DNA of 64,000 bases from an uncultured Muribaculaceae bacterium (GCA_964370475.1 CAYJJI010000002.1:27151-91150); one strand, 5' to 3'. Shown: positions 38,648 through 47,769, numbered from the stretch's first letter. The notes: generated by a model not told the origin, from the sequence alone. A program made the numbers and translations.

Positions 38648-38863
38648 TTAATATATTTGACTAACATTTAAAAATGCTAGTATAAATTGTGTTAGTAAGT
38701 ATCCGCTTATCATACTTAATATCATTACCAAACATCTTGCTTGGATTGGTTTATTTTTTAACATTATTTTTTCAAAGTTTATTCCTGATAATGTATATAT
38801 ACTTAGAAATGTAAAAAATATATATAAATAGATACTATAATCCATTATATGTTCCGTTTTCAT
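38648..38863 (-). CDS. Small membrane protein (DUF1146/YwzB-like)
   Basis: Two TM segments, about 65-71 aa. Its position next to spoIID/murA matches Bacillus ywzB. The start is uncertain: 38863, or the internal ATG at 38845. Confidence 0.55.
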   Translation of the reverse strand: MKTEHIMDYSIYLYIFFTFLSIYTLSGINFEKIMLKNKPIQARCLVMILSMISGYLLTQFILAFLNVSQIY

Positions 38864-39287
38864 AATTTATGATTTTGTTCATTCTTCTTATATGCCTTTC
38901 TTCATTTGGTGTTGGAGTATCCATGAATGTAGTTATTAAATTTGTCATTTCTTCTATTGTTGTTGTTCCTATCGCTAACACGTTTGCTCCATTATGTTCT
39001 CTAGCTTTTATACAGTCATCAGTGTTGACTGCTCTAGCACAACGAACTCCTTTAATTTTGTTAGCTATGATACTCATACCTATTCCATTACCGCAGATAA
39101 CTACTCCTATATCTTTTGTTTTATCCATTTGTTCCAACACTTCTATGGCAAAATCTGGATAGTCATCTTCGCTATGATGTGGTAATTTACTTGTTACTAT
39201 TTCTAAATTTTTTGTTTTTAAAATTTCATTTATTAGTAAGTCTTCTATTTCGTGAGACCTATGATCTACTGCTATGTGTAATTTCAT
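38835..39287 (-). CDS. rpiB: Ribose-5-phosphate isomerase B (RpiB/LacA/LacB family)
   Basis: VICGNGIGMSIIANK and the overall 150-aa RpiB pattern. Confidence 0.88.
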   Translation of the reverse strand: MKLHIAVDHRSHEIEDLLINEILKTKNLEIVTSKLPHHSEDDYPDFAIEVLEQMDKTKDIGVVICGNGIGMSIIANKIKGVRCARAVNTDDCIKAREHNGANVLAIGTTTIEEMTNLITTFMDTPTPNEERHIRRMNKIINYENGTYNGL

Positions 39288-40287
39288 TTTTTTCTCCTTC
39301 GTTTATTACTTTTTTAAAGATTGGAAGTAATCCTTGATTATTTGTTCTATGTGGTGGTAATTGGAAGATATCATGTCCTGGAAAATGATTTCCTTCAATT
39401 AACATTATCCCTTTATCTGATAGGCATAAATCCCACCCTACATAACCTACTTCTGGTACTATTTCAGATATTTCTTTAATGTATTTTTTTATTTCATTCC
39501 ATTTTGGGATCTTTAATCCTACTATTTCTTTATTAGTAATCGGGTGTTTTTTGTAAACATGATCATGTTTATCTATTGCTGGATATTTTATTATTCCATC
39601 ATTTATATCTATGGGAGCTCCTAATCCTTCGTTATTAAAATTGTCTACGACATTTTTTTTATTTCCAATCCTTAGAAAGGAAGCTACTATGTTTCCTTTA
39701 ATAGTATATATTCTTAAGGTATTTACTGAATAAGGATGTATTTCGTTAATTACTTTTATTTGAGTTGCTACTTCTTCTATTAATACTCTTTTTTCTTTTA
39801 ATAATTGTTGATGTATTTCTTTGTAGTTTTTTTCTGTTACTTTTATTTTTTCTATACCTTTTCCACATTGACCATCTACCGGTTTTACTATTATTTCTTT
39901 ATGTTTTTTTATAAACTCTTTGAATTCTTCTAAGTTGTTATCTTTTAACTTAATCCAATCTCTATTTAAATAATTATTGAATTTAGTATTAAATACTATT
40001 TTATCATCAAATATATACCATTTACTTTTATCATTTAATGATCTGACGAATTCATTATTTATTCCTCTAGTTATAATTGTGCTTCTTTGTTGTTTATTCA
40101 TTGTGTACATTTCAAATAATTTATAATCTTGGTATCCTGCTTGATATTTAATACCGCAGTATATTATATCAAAAAATAATTTTACTTTGTTTATATTTGT
40201 TTTGTTGTTTATATAATTTATAGTTTTAAAAAACTGTTTATAATCCATGCTTTTTATTCTTTTTATTATGTATTTAATTTTCCTCAT
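39259..40287 (-). CDS. ATP-grasp family protein (sugar-transfer-associated ATP-grasp-like)
   Basis: Motifs IVKPVDGQCGKGI ... VLIEE ... LRIYT ... GWDL...G..LIEGN. The ATG at 40287 follows GAGGTGA. Its 3' end overlaps the rpiB start by 29 nt. Confidence 0.6.
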   Translation of the reverse strand: MRKIKYIIKRIKSMDYKQFFKTINYINNKTNINKVKLFFDIIYCGIKYQAGYQDYKLFEMYTMNKQQRSTIITRGINNEFVRSLNDKSKWYIFDDKIVFNTKFNNYLNRDWIKLKDNNLEEFKEFIKKHKEIIVKPVDGQCGKGIEKIKVTEKNYKEIHQQLLKEKRVLIEEVATQIKVINEIHPYSVNTLRIYTIKGNIVASFLRIGNKKNVVDNFNNEGLGAPIDINDGIIKYPAIDKHDHVYKKHPITNKEIVGLKIPKWNEIKKYIKEISEIVPEVGYVGWDLCLSDKGIMLIEGNHFPGHDIFQLPPHRTNNQGLLPIFKKVINEGEKNEITHSSRS

Positions 40288-40344
40288 ATAATCACCTCTT
40301 CCATTATATAACAATTTCTAGATTAAGTCACAAAAAAAATAAAA

Positions 40345-40563
40345 CTATTCAGCTTTATTTTCTTGACTTAATCCATATTTACGGTTGAATTTTTCAACAC
40401 GTCCAGTTTTCTTTAATTTACCTTGTGTACCAGTATAAAATGGATGACATTCGCTACAAACTTCAACTTGAATTTCTTCTTTTGTTGATGTAGTTTCAAA
40501 TGTTGCTCCACAAGCACAGATTACTGTAGATTTTTTAACATCAGGGTGTATTCCTGCTCTCAT
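40345..40563 (-). CDS. rpmE: 50S ribosomal protein L31 (zinc-binding type A)
   Basis: MRAGIHPD..., CxC ... CSEC cysteine pairs, HPFYTG. Confidence 0.95.
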   Translation of the reverse strand: MRAGIHPDVKKSTVICACGATFETTSTKEEIQVEVCSECHPFYTGTQGKLKKTGRVEKFNRKYGLSQENKAE

Positions 40564-40621
40564 CTTTATTCTCCTTCCGCCATATCTAATATGCTTAGAT
40601 ATAGTAATGCATTTCTTAAGT

Positions 40622-40649
40622 ATTATACCATAGTTTTTATATTTAGCAA
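40622..40649 (-). promoter_or_regulatory. Sigma-A promoter of rpmE (extended -10)
   Basis: - strand TTGCTA, 16-nt spacer, TGG-TATAAT. Confidence 0.55.
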
Positions 40650-40661
40650 GCTTTTTGAGTT

Positions 40662-41186
40662 TTATTTAATTTTGATATGTAACTTATTAAGTATATTTCC
40701 TACTATCGATAATATTTTATCACTATTTTTCATAGCTAATTGTTTCATTATTGCTTTTCCACCTACAGTTATTGTAGATATTATTGCAGTAACTATTATG
40801 GCAGTTATTGTTAAATCAATATTTAACGTTGCTGCATAACTAATTGTAAGTACGGCTGATAAACTTCCACTGACTATTCCACATATATCACCTATTACAT
40901 CATTACAAAATGATGCTATTGTTGCTGAATTTTTTATAAGTGATAAAGCTTCTTTTGATCCTTTTATTTTTTTTGATGCCATGGCATGAAAATTAGCTTC
41001 TTTTGAAGTTAATACTGCTATTCCCACCATATCTGATGTTATTCCTATACAAATTACTAACAATGTTATTATAAGTAATATTGTACTGTTAAAATTGTTG
41101 GCTATAAAGTTTGATATTCCACTAAATATTATCGATAATATAAAAGTCAATAAAAAAACTTTATAGATCCAGTTATTATTTTTCAT
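40662..41186 (-). CDS. Four-TM membrane protein resembling a stand-alone DUF21/CNNM transmembrane module
   Basis: 174 aa. The segment [50 protein letters not shown] parallels the DUF21 pattern SE.A...L......L...G...A..........LS..Q.G. There are no CBS or CorC domains. AAGGAGG RBS. Confidence 0.4.
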   Translation of the reverse strand: MKNNNWIYKVFLLTFILSIIFSGISNFIANNFNSTILLIITLLVICIGITSDMVGIAVLTSKEANFHAMASKKIKGSKEALSLIKNSATIASFCNDVIGDICGIVSGSLSAVLTISYAATLNIDLTITAIIVTAIISTITVGGKAIMKQLAMKNSDKILSIVGNILNKLHIKIK

Positions 41187-41229
41187 TAATAACCTCCTTA
41201 TAAAGTAGTATGCGTATGGTATATTATAA

Positions 41230-41680
41230 ATTAATTTTACGGCTTTGGTCGAGTTGAATTTCTCTGTTTTATACCTTCAGTTACCTTCGGGCGATTTCTC
41301 TTTAAATAAACAATTAATCGTTTCCAAATTAATTACTCGATTACCACTTAGTCCGCACTTCAATCTTTATAATATGGACACTCTAGAGGTTTTCCCTGAC
41401 ACTAGGGAGCTATCTTTATTCGCTTTTGCAATGAATGTTTCAATAACATAATATCGTTATATCCCCAATCATCACGCACGACATGTGCTTTTAAATTACA
41501 ATGACGTAGTTTTAGGATTTAAATTATATGCCATTATAACAGCCCTAAAACTTAAAATTATACACTCACCCTAACTTGGGCAGAAAAAGCAAGTACATAA
41601 AGTGTCTTTTGCACAATTAGTAGATTTTTAGCCCTACCTTCCAATAGCTGTTGTGACTAGAATAATGCACCACACCTAAT
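41230..41680 (-). ncRNA. Candidate structured RNA or long 5' leader of unknown class
   Basis: About 450 nt with no credible ORF. My hand count gives about 35 percent G+C, against visibly much lower values in other spacers. G exceeds C on the - strand. A near-consensus promoter lies just upstream. There are several hairpins, two related modules of about 70 nt, and mutually exclusive helices. The boundaries are approximate. Confidence 0.5.
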
Positions 41681-41684
41681 AAAC

Positions 41685-41713
41685 ATAATATCATCTTTAC
41701 ACTATTTTGTCAA
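41685..41713 (-). promoter_or_regulatory. Near-consensus sigma-A promoter driving the candidate RNA
   Basis: - strand TTGACA (41713-41708), exact 17-nt spacer aaatagtgtaaagatga, then TATTAT (41690-41685). Confidence 0.7.
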
Positions 41714-41785
41714 GTGATTTGTTTTTATGTTGCAAGAATATATTAAATTTAATATATTCTATGATTGTTTCTTGATTTTTTGCAT

Positions 41786-41806
41786 AAAAAAAGAGCTTAG
41801 CTCTTA
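41786..41806 (-). terminator. Terminator after the 1162-aa surface protein gene
   Basis: - strand AAGAGC-TAA-GCTCTT followed by T5. It overlaps the TAA stop. Confidence 0.5.
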
Positions 41807-44800
41807 TTTTATTATAAAATGTTTCTCCGATGTCGTTATATATTCTTCTCCGTCATATGCTTCGATAACTATTTTATAAGCTTGAACATCCATAATTGAT
41901 ACGTTCAGATTTAGGTCTTGATTACCAATCAATAGTTGATATTTATTTTCTTCTAACGTTCCTATTAAAGGTGCATCTATATAATCATTCAGATTTAAAA
42001 GCGTGTAATCTTGATTTAAAGCATTTAATTCTGTCTTTTTATATAATGATATTTTAAGATTTGGGTTTGTAGCACCGGTAAGCACGGTATTCAAATCAAT
42101 TATTGATGTTAATGTATCCTTATAAATAATAGGATCATTATTCATTGAAGCTTTAAAGTAGATATTTTTTGCTTCTGTACTGTTATCAACTAGCAATGGC
42201 ACTTCTTTAGTAGCAATATATTCTGTTTGCTTGTTATTGTAAGAAATGAAACTGTCAATTTCGACTATGTAGTTTCCTATATCTAGGAAACTATCTCCTT
42301 TATAACCTTGTATTTCTAAAGTTGTATCTATTCCTAGTATTCCAGTATTTGAATTTATTGTGACTAATCCATTTTGATCTGGGTAGTATGTATTACCATT
42401 CATTTTGAATGCCAAATTGTTTAAGTCACTTCTAGGTACTGATGAACCGTCTTCTTTTCTTAAGCTAATATTTAGTATTATATCTTGTTCTTCTATATAT
42501 GTATCATATATTGGTAATCCTAACGCTTGTTTATAAATTACTCCAGTATCAATATTTATCGTAGCTATTGAATCTGATTTATATTTCAAATACGCTTGGG
42601 TAGTTGTAGTATTAAAGAACAATGATGCTTCATTATTTTTAAATAGTGTGAATGGTATTAATGATCCAGCAACTGTATTTCTTATTATTGTTCCTGAATT
42701 ATCTTCTGCTGTTATCCACATATTATAAGAACTTATATCATCGTTAATTATAGAATTTTCAAATATTACCGTAACAGTGAAATTTTCTTTTATATCGGTT
42801 CCGTTACTATAATCACTTTCTGTAAAATATGAGTTAACTGTACCTATTAGATTGAAATTTTTAAATGATATTTTTGATGATGATATGCTATTTTCGATTT
42901 TGTAATCATATTTATTACCTGTTATGTTATCAGTTAATATTATTACTGTTCCGCTTGGTACCGTTCTATCAAAAGTTAAATAATGATTTATTTCATCTAT
43001 TTGATAGTGTGGTACATTATAAATATAATTTGCTGTTATTGATGAATTAGATGTTATATTTATTGTATCATCACTATTAAACATATCATTTTTTCCTGCT
43101 TTGATATAGTTCGTATGGTATCCATCAAATGTTATTATATCACTGTTTAAATAAGCTATATTCCCGCTTTTGTCTTCTATTTTAGCATATAAGATGTTTT
43201 CACCTACTGGTGTAAGACTGAAAGTTCCGTCATACTCTGACCAATTTGCTTCATTTAATTTATTTAAGCTATCTTCGCTCATTATTTCATCACTTACTAA
43301 GTAACTTATTTCATTTTCTTCAGAGTTTTCGTTTGATGTTATCGTTATGTTGTTATTTGATTTTAATAGTATTTCAGATACATCTGTTCTTAAATCAGTC
43401 CAAGAGTTATCGGCGAATGAAATAGTTCCGCTAGGTAATGTTTTATCTATATTTATTACATCAGAATTTATATATCTTACTTGTTGGTTATAGTCTGTTA
43501 ATTTTACATACACTATATATTGACCTTCTTTATCTAAAACGACTGGTCCTTCATAACTTAACCAAGTTATATTTACTATTTCTTCTTCTGTTAATGCAAT
43601 GTTATCATTTTTTATGTAGTATTCTACTTTAGATAGCGAATAGATTGGAGCTGTCGAAGTAACAGCTATATTTAAATTTTGATTGTAATATTTATTTTCT
43701 AATATATATGAAGTATTATTCCAGTAGTTTTCTCCAGCTCTTATATCTATCAAGTTTATTTCATCAATAAAATATAATTCAGGTAAATTTAAATCGTTAT
43801 ATATCCATTTGTTGTTTATTGGATCTTCGTGGAAGTTTGTATAATTTAGTGCATTTAACGATTCATTTGAGTATAGAGTATTTGAATCTATAGTATTTAC
43901 TATTGGATTATTAGATATATTTTGATTGTAAACATTTTCTAGTATAACTTTTTCATTTTCTACTATAAATTCTGAATTAGAGCTATTAATGGTATTTTTT
44001 ATTACGACATTATCGTTAGTTATTCTTCTTGATATTCCATATTTTTCTATGGCGTTTAGCGAACCACTATTATATACATTTGTTATTTCTGTAGGTCCTG
44101 TTATATTTCCAACTATACCAGTTGCTTTGTATTCAGCGTTTACTGTTCCACTATTGTATGAATTTAATATTTTTAAGTTTCCTGTTGAATTATTTATTAA
44201 CCCTGATGAACTACTTGTATTGTATATATTAGTATTGTTTACAAAGTTAGTTATTTCTGTGTTATTAGAGTTAGTTATTAAACCTGATGAACTAGAAAGA
44301 TTATATACTACTTCGTATTCTAAGTTAATTAGTGATATATTTCTAATTATTTCTTCAGATCCAATACTTATTACTACTTCGTTAATTGGTGTAGTTCCTA
44401 AATCAACTTTAAATTCTCCTAACTCTATAGCTAATCCATTTATGGTTAAATTATAGTTAATATTATTAGCATCATTAACTAAGTAGTTACCTTTAATACT
44501 TGAAGATATAATTTCTTTATTATCTACTGCATCGGTTAATTTTAAATTATTTATAAATAATCCTGTTGAAGTATGGATATCATTGAATTTTGTAGATGTT
44601 TTTTCTACAACTGTTTGTTTTCCTACTACTAGTCCGCTTAAGTAAGTATCACTTATCTTAAAATCATTAGAGTTAACTGCTAATCCTGCATTATTATTTC
44701 CTCCATATATTAACATGTTTTCTATATAAGTATTTTTAAATGTTCCTGATATATTTTTGAATAATGCTAAATTATCTTCACTCTCACTTGTTACATACAT

Positions 44801-45292
44801 TCCATATATTGAAAAGAAATTTCCGTCAAAGTTTCCTTTAAAATCTTCAATCATATTGATTTTGTTGATTGACTTTTCTGATTGTTCTAAGTAATTTTTA
44901 TCATTATAGATTTGTGTAGTATATTCTTTTATATAGTACTCTGTATTAGATGAAACATATCTTAATACTTCATCGTATACAAATATACCATCATTTATAA
45001 TTATGTCATTACCTAATTTAAAGTATGTATCTTTATAATCTGTAGATTTTAATTGTTCTGCAAAATAAGCAAATTCGCTTCCGTCAACAATTATATAAGG
45101 ATCTTCTTTAGTACCTGTTCCTGATGAGTATGAAGAAGCAATTGTACCATCCCAGATAGTTAGGCTCATTGATTCGTTTATCCCATTATAAAAACGCGAT
45201 AGTGTTGGAACTGCTACCGTTAATGTAAGTGTTAACATTATTAACGCAAATACTATATAAATTTTAGGTATTTTTTTTATAATGTTGTACAT
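41804..45292 (-). CDS. Giant N-terminally anchored surface protein with GLUG-like/beta-helix repeats and Ig-like modules
   Basis: 1162 aa with the N-terminal TM KIYIVFALIMLTLTLTVAVP. Repeated [AST]GL[IVF]xN units occur (AGLAVNS, SGLVVGK, SSGLITNS, SSGLINNS, TGIVGNI). One module, IDKTLPSG...EDKSGN, matches the pilin-like proteins. There is no LPXTG motif. Confidence 0.75.
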   Translation of the reverse strand: MYNIIKKIPKIYIVFALIMLTLTLTVAVPTLSRFYNGINESMSLTIWDGTIASSYSSGTGTKEDPYIIVDGSEFAYFAEQLKSTDYKDTYFKLGNDIIINDGIFVYDEVLRYVSSNTEYYIKEYTTQIYNDKNYLEQSEKSINKINMIEDFKGNFDGNFFSIYGMYVTSESEDNLALFKNISGTFKNTYIENMLIYGGNNNAGLAVNSNDFKISDTYLSGLVVGKQTVVEKTSTKFNDIHTSTGLFINNLKLTDAVDNKEIISSSIKGNYLVNDANNINYNLTINGLAIELGEFKVDLGTTPINEVVISIGSEEIIRNISLINLEYEVVYNLSSSSGLITNSNNTEITNFVNNTNIYNTSSSSGLINNSTGNLKILNSYNSGTVNAEYKATGIVGNITGPTEITNVYNSGSLNAIEKYGISRRITNDNVVIKNTINSSNSEFIVENEKVILENVYNQNISNNPIVNTIDSNTLYSNESLNALNYTNFHEDPINNKWIYNDLNLPELYFIDEINLIDIRAGENYWNNTSYILENKYYNQNLNIAVTSTAPIYSLSKVEYYIKNDNIALTEEEIVNITWLSYEGPVVLDKEGQYIVYVKLTDYNQQVRYINSDVINIDKTLPSGTISFADNSWTDLRTDVSEILLKSNNNITITSNENSEENEISYLVSDEIMSEDSLNKLNEANWSEYDGTFSLTPVGENILYAKIEDKSGNIAYLNSDIITFDGYHTNYIKAGKNDMFNSDDTINITSNSSITANYIYNVPHYQIDEINHYLTFDRTVPSGTVIILTDNITGNKYDYKIENSISSSKISFKNFNLIGTVNSYFTESDYSNGTDIKENFTVTVIFENSIINDDISSYNMWITAEDNSGTIIRNTVAGSLIPFTLFKNNEASLFFNTTTTQAYLKYKSDSIATINIDTGVIYKQALGLPIYDTYIEEQDIILNISLRKEDGSSVPRSDLNNLAFKMNGNTYYPDQNGLVTINSNTGILGIDTTLEIQGYKGDSFLDIGNYIVEIDSFISYNNKQTEYIATKEVPLLVDNSTEAKNIYFKASMNNDPIIYKDTLTSIIDLNTVLTGATNPNLKISLYKKTELNALNQDYTLLNLNDYIDAPLIGTLEENKYQLLIGNQDLNLNVSIMDVQAYKIVIEAYDGEEYITTSEKHFIIK

Positions 45293-45367
45293 TTCCGACA
45301 GTCACCTACTTTGTACTTAGTATAACATATTTCGACAAAAAAATAAAACCATTTTATGATTTTATTT

Positions 45368-46621
45368 TTATTTGTCACTCTGTTTTATATCTGCGTTACA
45401 ATTAGATAATTTTTCGATTATATTTTCATATCCTCTTAATATATGTTCTATCTCAGTAATAGTAGTTGTACCATCTGCTATAAGCCCTGCACATATCATT
45501 GCAGCACCTGCTCTTAAGTCTGTTGCTACTACTTCTTCACCTTTTAATTTAGTTTCTCCTTTTACTTTAGCTATATTTCCTTTTACATCAATTTCTGCAC
45601 CCATAAGACTTAGATATTTTGTATGACTCATTCTATTTTCGTATATAGTTTCTTCTATTAGAGATTTTCCATTAGCTTGTGTCAATATTACTGAAAAAGG
45701 TTGTTGTAAATCTGTTGGAAATCCTGGATATCCAAGAGTTTTTATATTGATTGGTTTTAAATTAACTGATTTAGATACTATTAGATAGTCATCACCTATT
45801 TGAAGTGGCACTCCCATTTCTCTCAATTTATTTAATACTGATTCTAGATGTTTTGGAATTATGTTTTCAATTTTTAATTCTTTACCAGTTAGCGCTCCGA
45901 TAATAGTATACGTTCCAGCTTCTATTCTATCAGGAATAGTTTCTATTGTAGCTTTATGTAGATAATCTACTCCAAGAATGGATATTGTACTTGTTCCAGC
46001 TCCTCTTATTTTAGCTCCCATGTTGTTTAAAAATGTTGCAATATTTACTATTTCTGGTTCTTTTGCTGCATTTTCAATAATTGTTTTACCTTCCGCTTTT
46101 ACTGACGCAAGTATTATATTAACTGTTGCTCCTACTGATGGCATATCTAAATAAATTCTGCTACCCTTTAGTTTATCTGCAGTTATTTTAAATTTATTAT
46201 CTGATTCAATAACTGTTGCTCCTAGCGCTTTATATCCTTTTAGGGTTTGATCTATTGGTCTTGCACCTATATTACACCCTCCAGGAAAATACATTTCTAC
46301 AGATTTAAATTTACCTAATAAAGCTGACATAAAATAATATGACGCTCTTAATTTTGTTGCTATTTTTTCTGGCACTTCTTTATTTGATATTTTCGAACTA
46401 TCTATAGTTAATTTATTATTATCTTCTTCTACAGTAGCACCTAGGTAATTTAATATTTCTTTTAATGCTGAAATATCTGAAATATTTGGTACATTATCAA
46501 TAGTTGCTATTTCATCGCATAAAATAGATGCAGGCACTAATGCTACTGCACTATTTTTTGCACCACTTATTGATATTGTGCCACTTAGTTCGTTACCGCC
46601 ATTTATAATAATTTTTTTCAT
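45368..46621 (-). CDS. murA: UDP-N-acetylglucosamine 1-carboxyvinyltransferase
   Basis: 417 aa with ISGAKNSAVALVPASIL and the active-site Cys in PGGCNIGARPID. Confidence 0.95.
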   Translation of the reverse strand: MKKIIINGGNELSGTISISGAKNSAVALVPASILCDEIATIDNVPNISDISALKEILNYLGATVEEDNNKLTIDSSKISNKEVPEKIATKLRASYYFMSALLGKFKSVEMYFPGGCNIGARPIDQTLKGYKALGATVIESDNKFKITADKLKGSRIYLDMPSVGATVNIILASVKAEGKTIIENAAKEPEIVNIATFLNNMGAKIRGAGTSTISILGVDYLHKATIETIPDRIEAGTYTIIGALTGKELKIENIIPKHLESVLNKLREMGVPLQIGDDYLIVSKSVNLKPINIKTLGYPGFPTDLQQPFSVILTQANGKSLIEETIYENRMSHTKYLSLMGAEIDVKGNIAKVKGETKLKGEEVVATDLRAGAAMICAGLIADGTTTITEIEHILRGYENIIEKLSNCNADIKQSDK

Positions 46622-46704
46622 ACTTTCACTTTCCTTTTATATACGTGACCCCTTTAAATATATAATAATTTAGGTATTAAAGTCAAATAGATTACTATTT
46701 TTCA

Positions 46705-47238
46705 TTAAAATATATGTAAAAATGCTACACTTAACAAGATGCATATGCCTATTATTATTGCATATTTACCTACTTTTTTTGAAGCGTATTTACCTATAGT
46801 TAAACCTAAATATGTAAATAATAAGCTATTTAATGAGAAGATTATAGTTGCTAATATTATATTTTGAGTAATAGTATATAGAGCTATGCCTGTTGAAAAA
46901 GAGTCTATACTTACTGAAAATGCTAATGCCATAGCACTATATAGACCTATTTTATAATTTATTTCTTCTTTGCTAAAGTAATCTAGTGCTAATTTTATAC
47001 TTAATATTATCAATACTGTACTTAATAAATATTTAGGATTTAACCCTATAAATTGAAACAGATTTTTTCCCAATAATAATCCTAATAAAGGCATTATAAA
47101 GTGAAATATAGCTACTGTAATACTTAATAAATTTATTTCTTTTTGTTTTTTTATTAATGTACCTATGGATAAAGATATGGAAAAAGTATCCATACTTAAT
47201 CCTATTCCTATTAGTATGAGCGATAGTATTTCTTGCAT
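46705..47238 (-). CDS. mntP: Manganese efflux pump MntP family
   Basis: 177 aa, 6 TM segments, and an internal duplication with GLSMDTFSISL and SVSIDSFSTGI motifs. Confidence 0.82.
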   Translation of the reverse strand: MQEILSLILIGIGLSMDTFSISLSIGTLIKKQKEINLLSITVAIFHFIMPLLGLLLGKNLFQFIGLNPKYLLSTVLIILSIKLALDYFSKEEINYKIGLYSAMALAFSVSIDSFSTGIALYTITQNIILATIIFSLNSLLFTYLGLTIGKYASKKVGKYAIIIGICILLSVAFLHIF

Positions 47239-47280
47239 ATTCCCTCCACTAAATATTATTTATAATATTTAAAAAAATAC

Positions 47281-47769
47281 TTAATTATTAAGTATTTCTT
47301 GGACAAATAGTTTATATTCCATATCATCTAGTTCAGATTCTTCTGCTTCTAATAAGCACAGTGGTGGAAATAATACACACCACCAATTATCTCCTTTTGC
47401 TTCTCCAAGTTCTATCACTAATGACTCATATTCTCCATCTTCATACTTAACTCCTTTGAAGTTTTTTTCGGGAAAATAGTTTGTACCGTAATTTATTTCA
47501 TAATCTATAGTTTTTTCTTCTAAAATTGGCGTTATTTTGCTAATTGAATCATTTATATACATTCTGCTATTTTCTATACTATCAAGATTATTTTCTGTTA
47601 ATATTGGATGTATTTCACTTAATACCTCCATTTTAGTTATTTGATCTTTTGTTTCATTACTATTAGCTATTATTCTAAATCTAATTGATTCTTCTGGAAT
47701 TGTTATTACTTCTTTTTTATTTATTGTTATAATTGTTACAATAAATAAGATTATAATTATTTTTTTCAT
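47281..47769 (-). CDS. spoIIR: Stage II sporulation protein R
   Basis: IRFRIIANSNETKDQ and GDNWWCVLFPPLCL hallmark motifs with an N-terminal signal/anchor. Confidence 0.85.
   Translation of the reverse strand: MKKIIIILFIVTIITINKKEVITIPEESIRFRIIANSNETKDQITKMEVLSEIHPILTENNLDSIENSRMYINDSISKITPILEEKTIDYEINYGTNYFPEKNFKGVKYEDGEYESLVIELGEAKGDNWWCVLFPPLCLLEAEESELDDMEYKLFVQEILNN

Noticed and set aside
41245-41451. 68-aa + strand ORF inside the GC-enriched spacer.
   Set aside because: It has no RBS, an odd composition and no recognisable motif. It sits on the strand opposite the strong promoter. The region is better explained as a - strand RNA.
41187-41713. Tried to identify the GC-rich spacer as RNase P RNA, tmRNA, SRP/scRNA, 6S RNA, a tRNA, a complete M-box or a complete T-box.
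   Set aside because: The diagnostic strings are absent on both strands. There is no GAGGAAAGUCC (RNase P P4). There is no GGGG...UCCACCA acceptor pair, no GGUUCGA-type T-arm and no plausible tag ORF ending in Ala-Ala (tmRNA). There is no GGAAGCAGC helix-8 motif (SRP). There is no end-to-end pairing (6S). The M-box-like and T-box-like strings are only partial. The class is therefore left open rather than named.
45271-45278. A8/T8 homopolymer at codons 5-8 of the giant surface protein, considered as a slipped-strand phase-variation switch.
   Set aside because: Runs of 7-8 A/T are frequent throughout this AT-rich sequence, including inside housekeeping genes. The tract alone is not evidence, so it is mentioned only as something to check in read data.
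47239-47280. Expected yybP-ykoY (Mn2+) riboswitch upstream of mntP.
   Set aside because: The upstream spacer is only about 40 nt and shows none of the conserved riboswitch sequence. mntP appears to lack this leader here.
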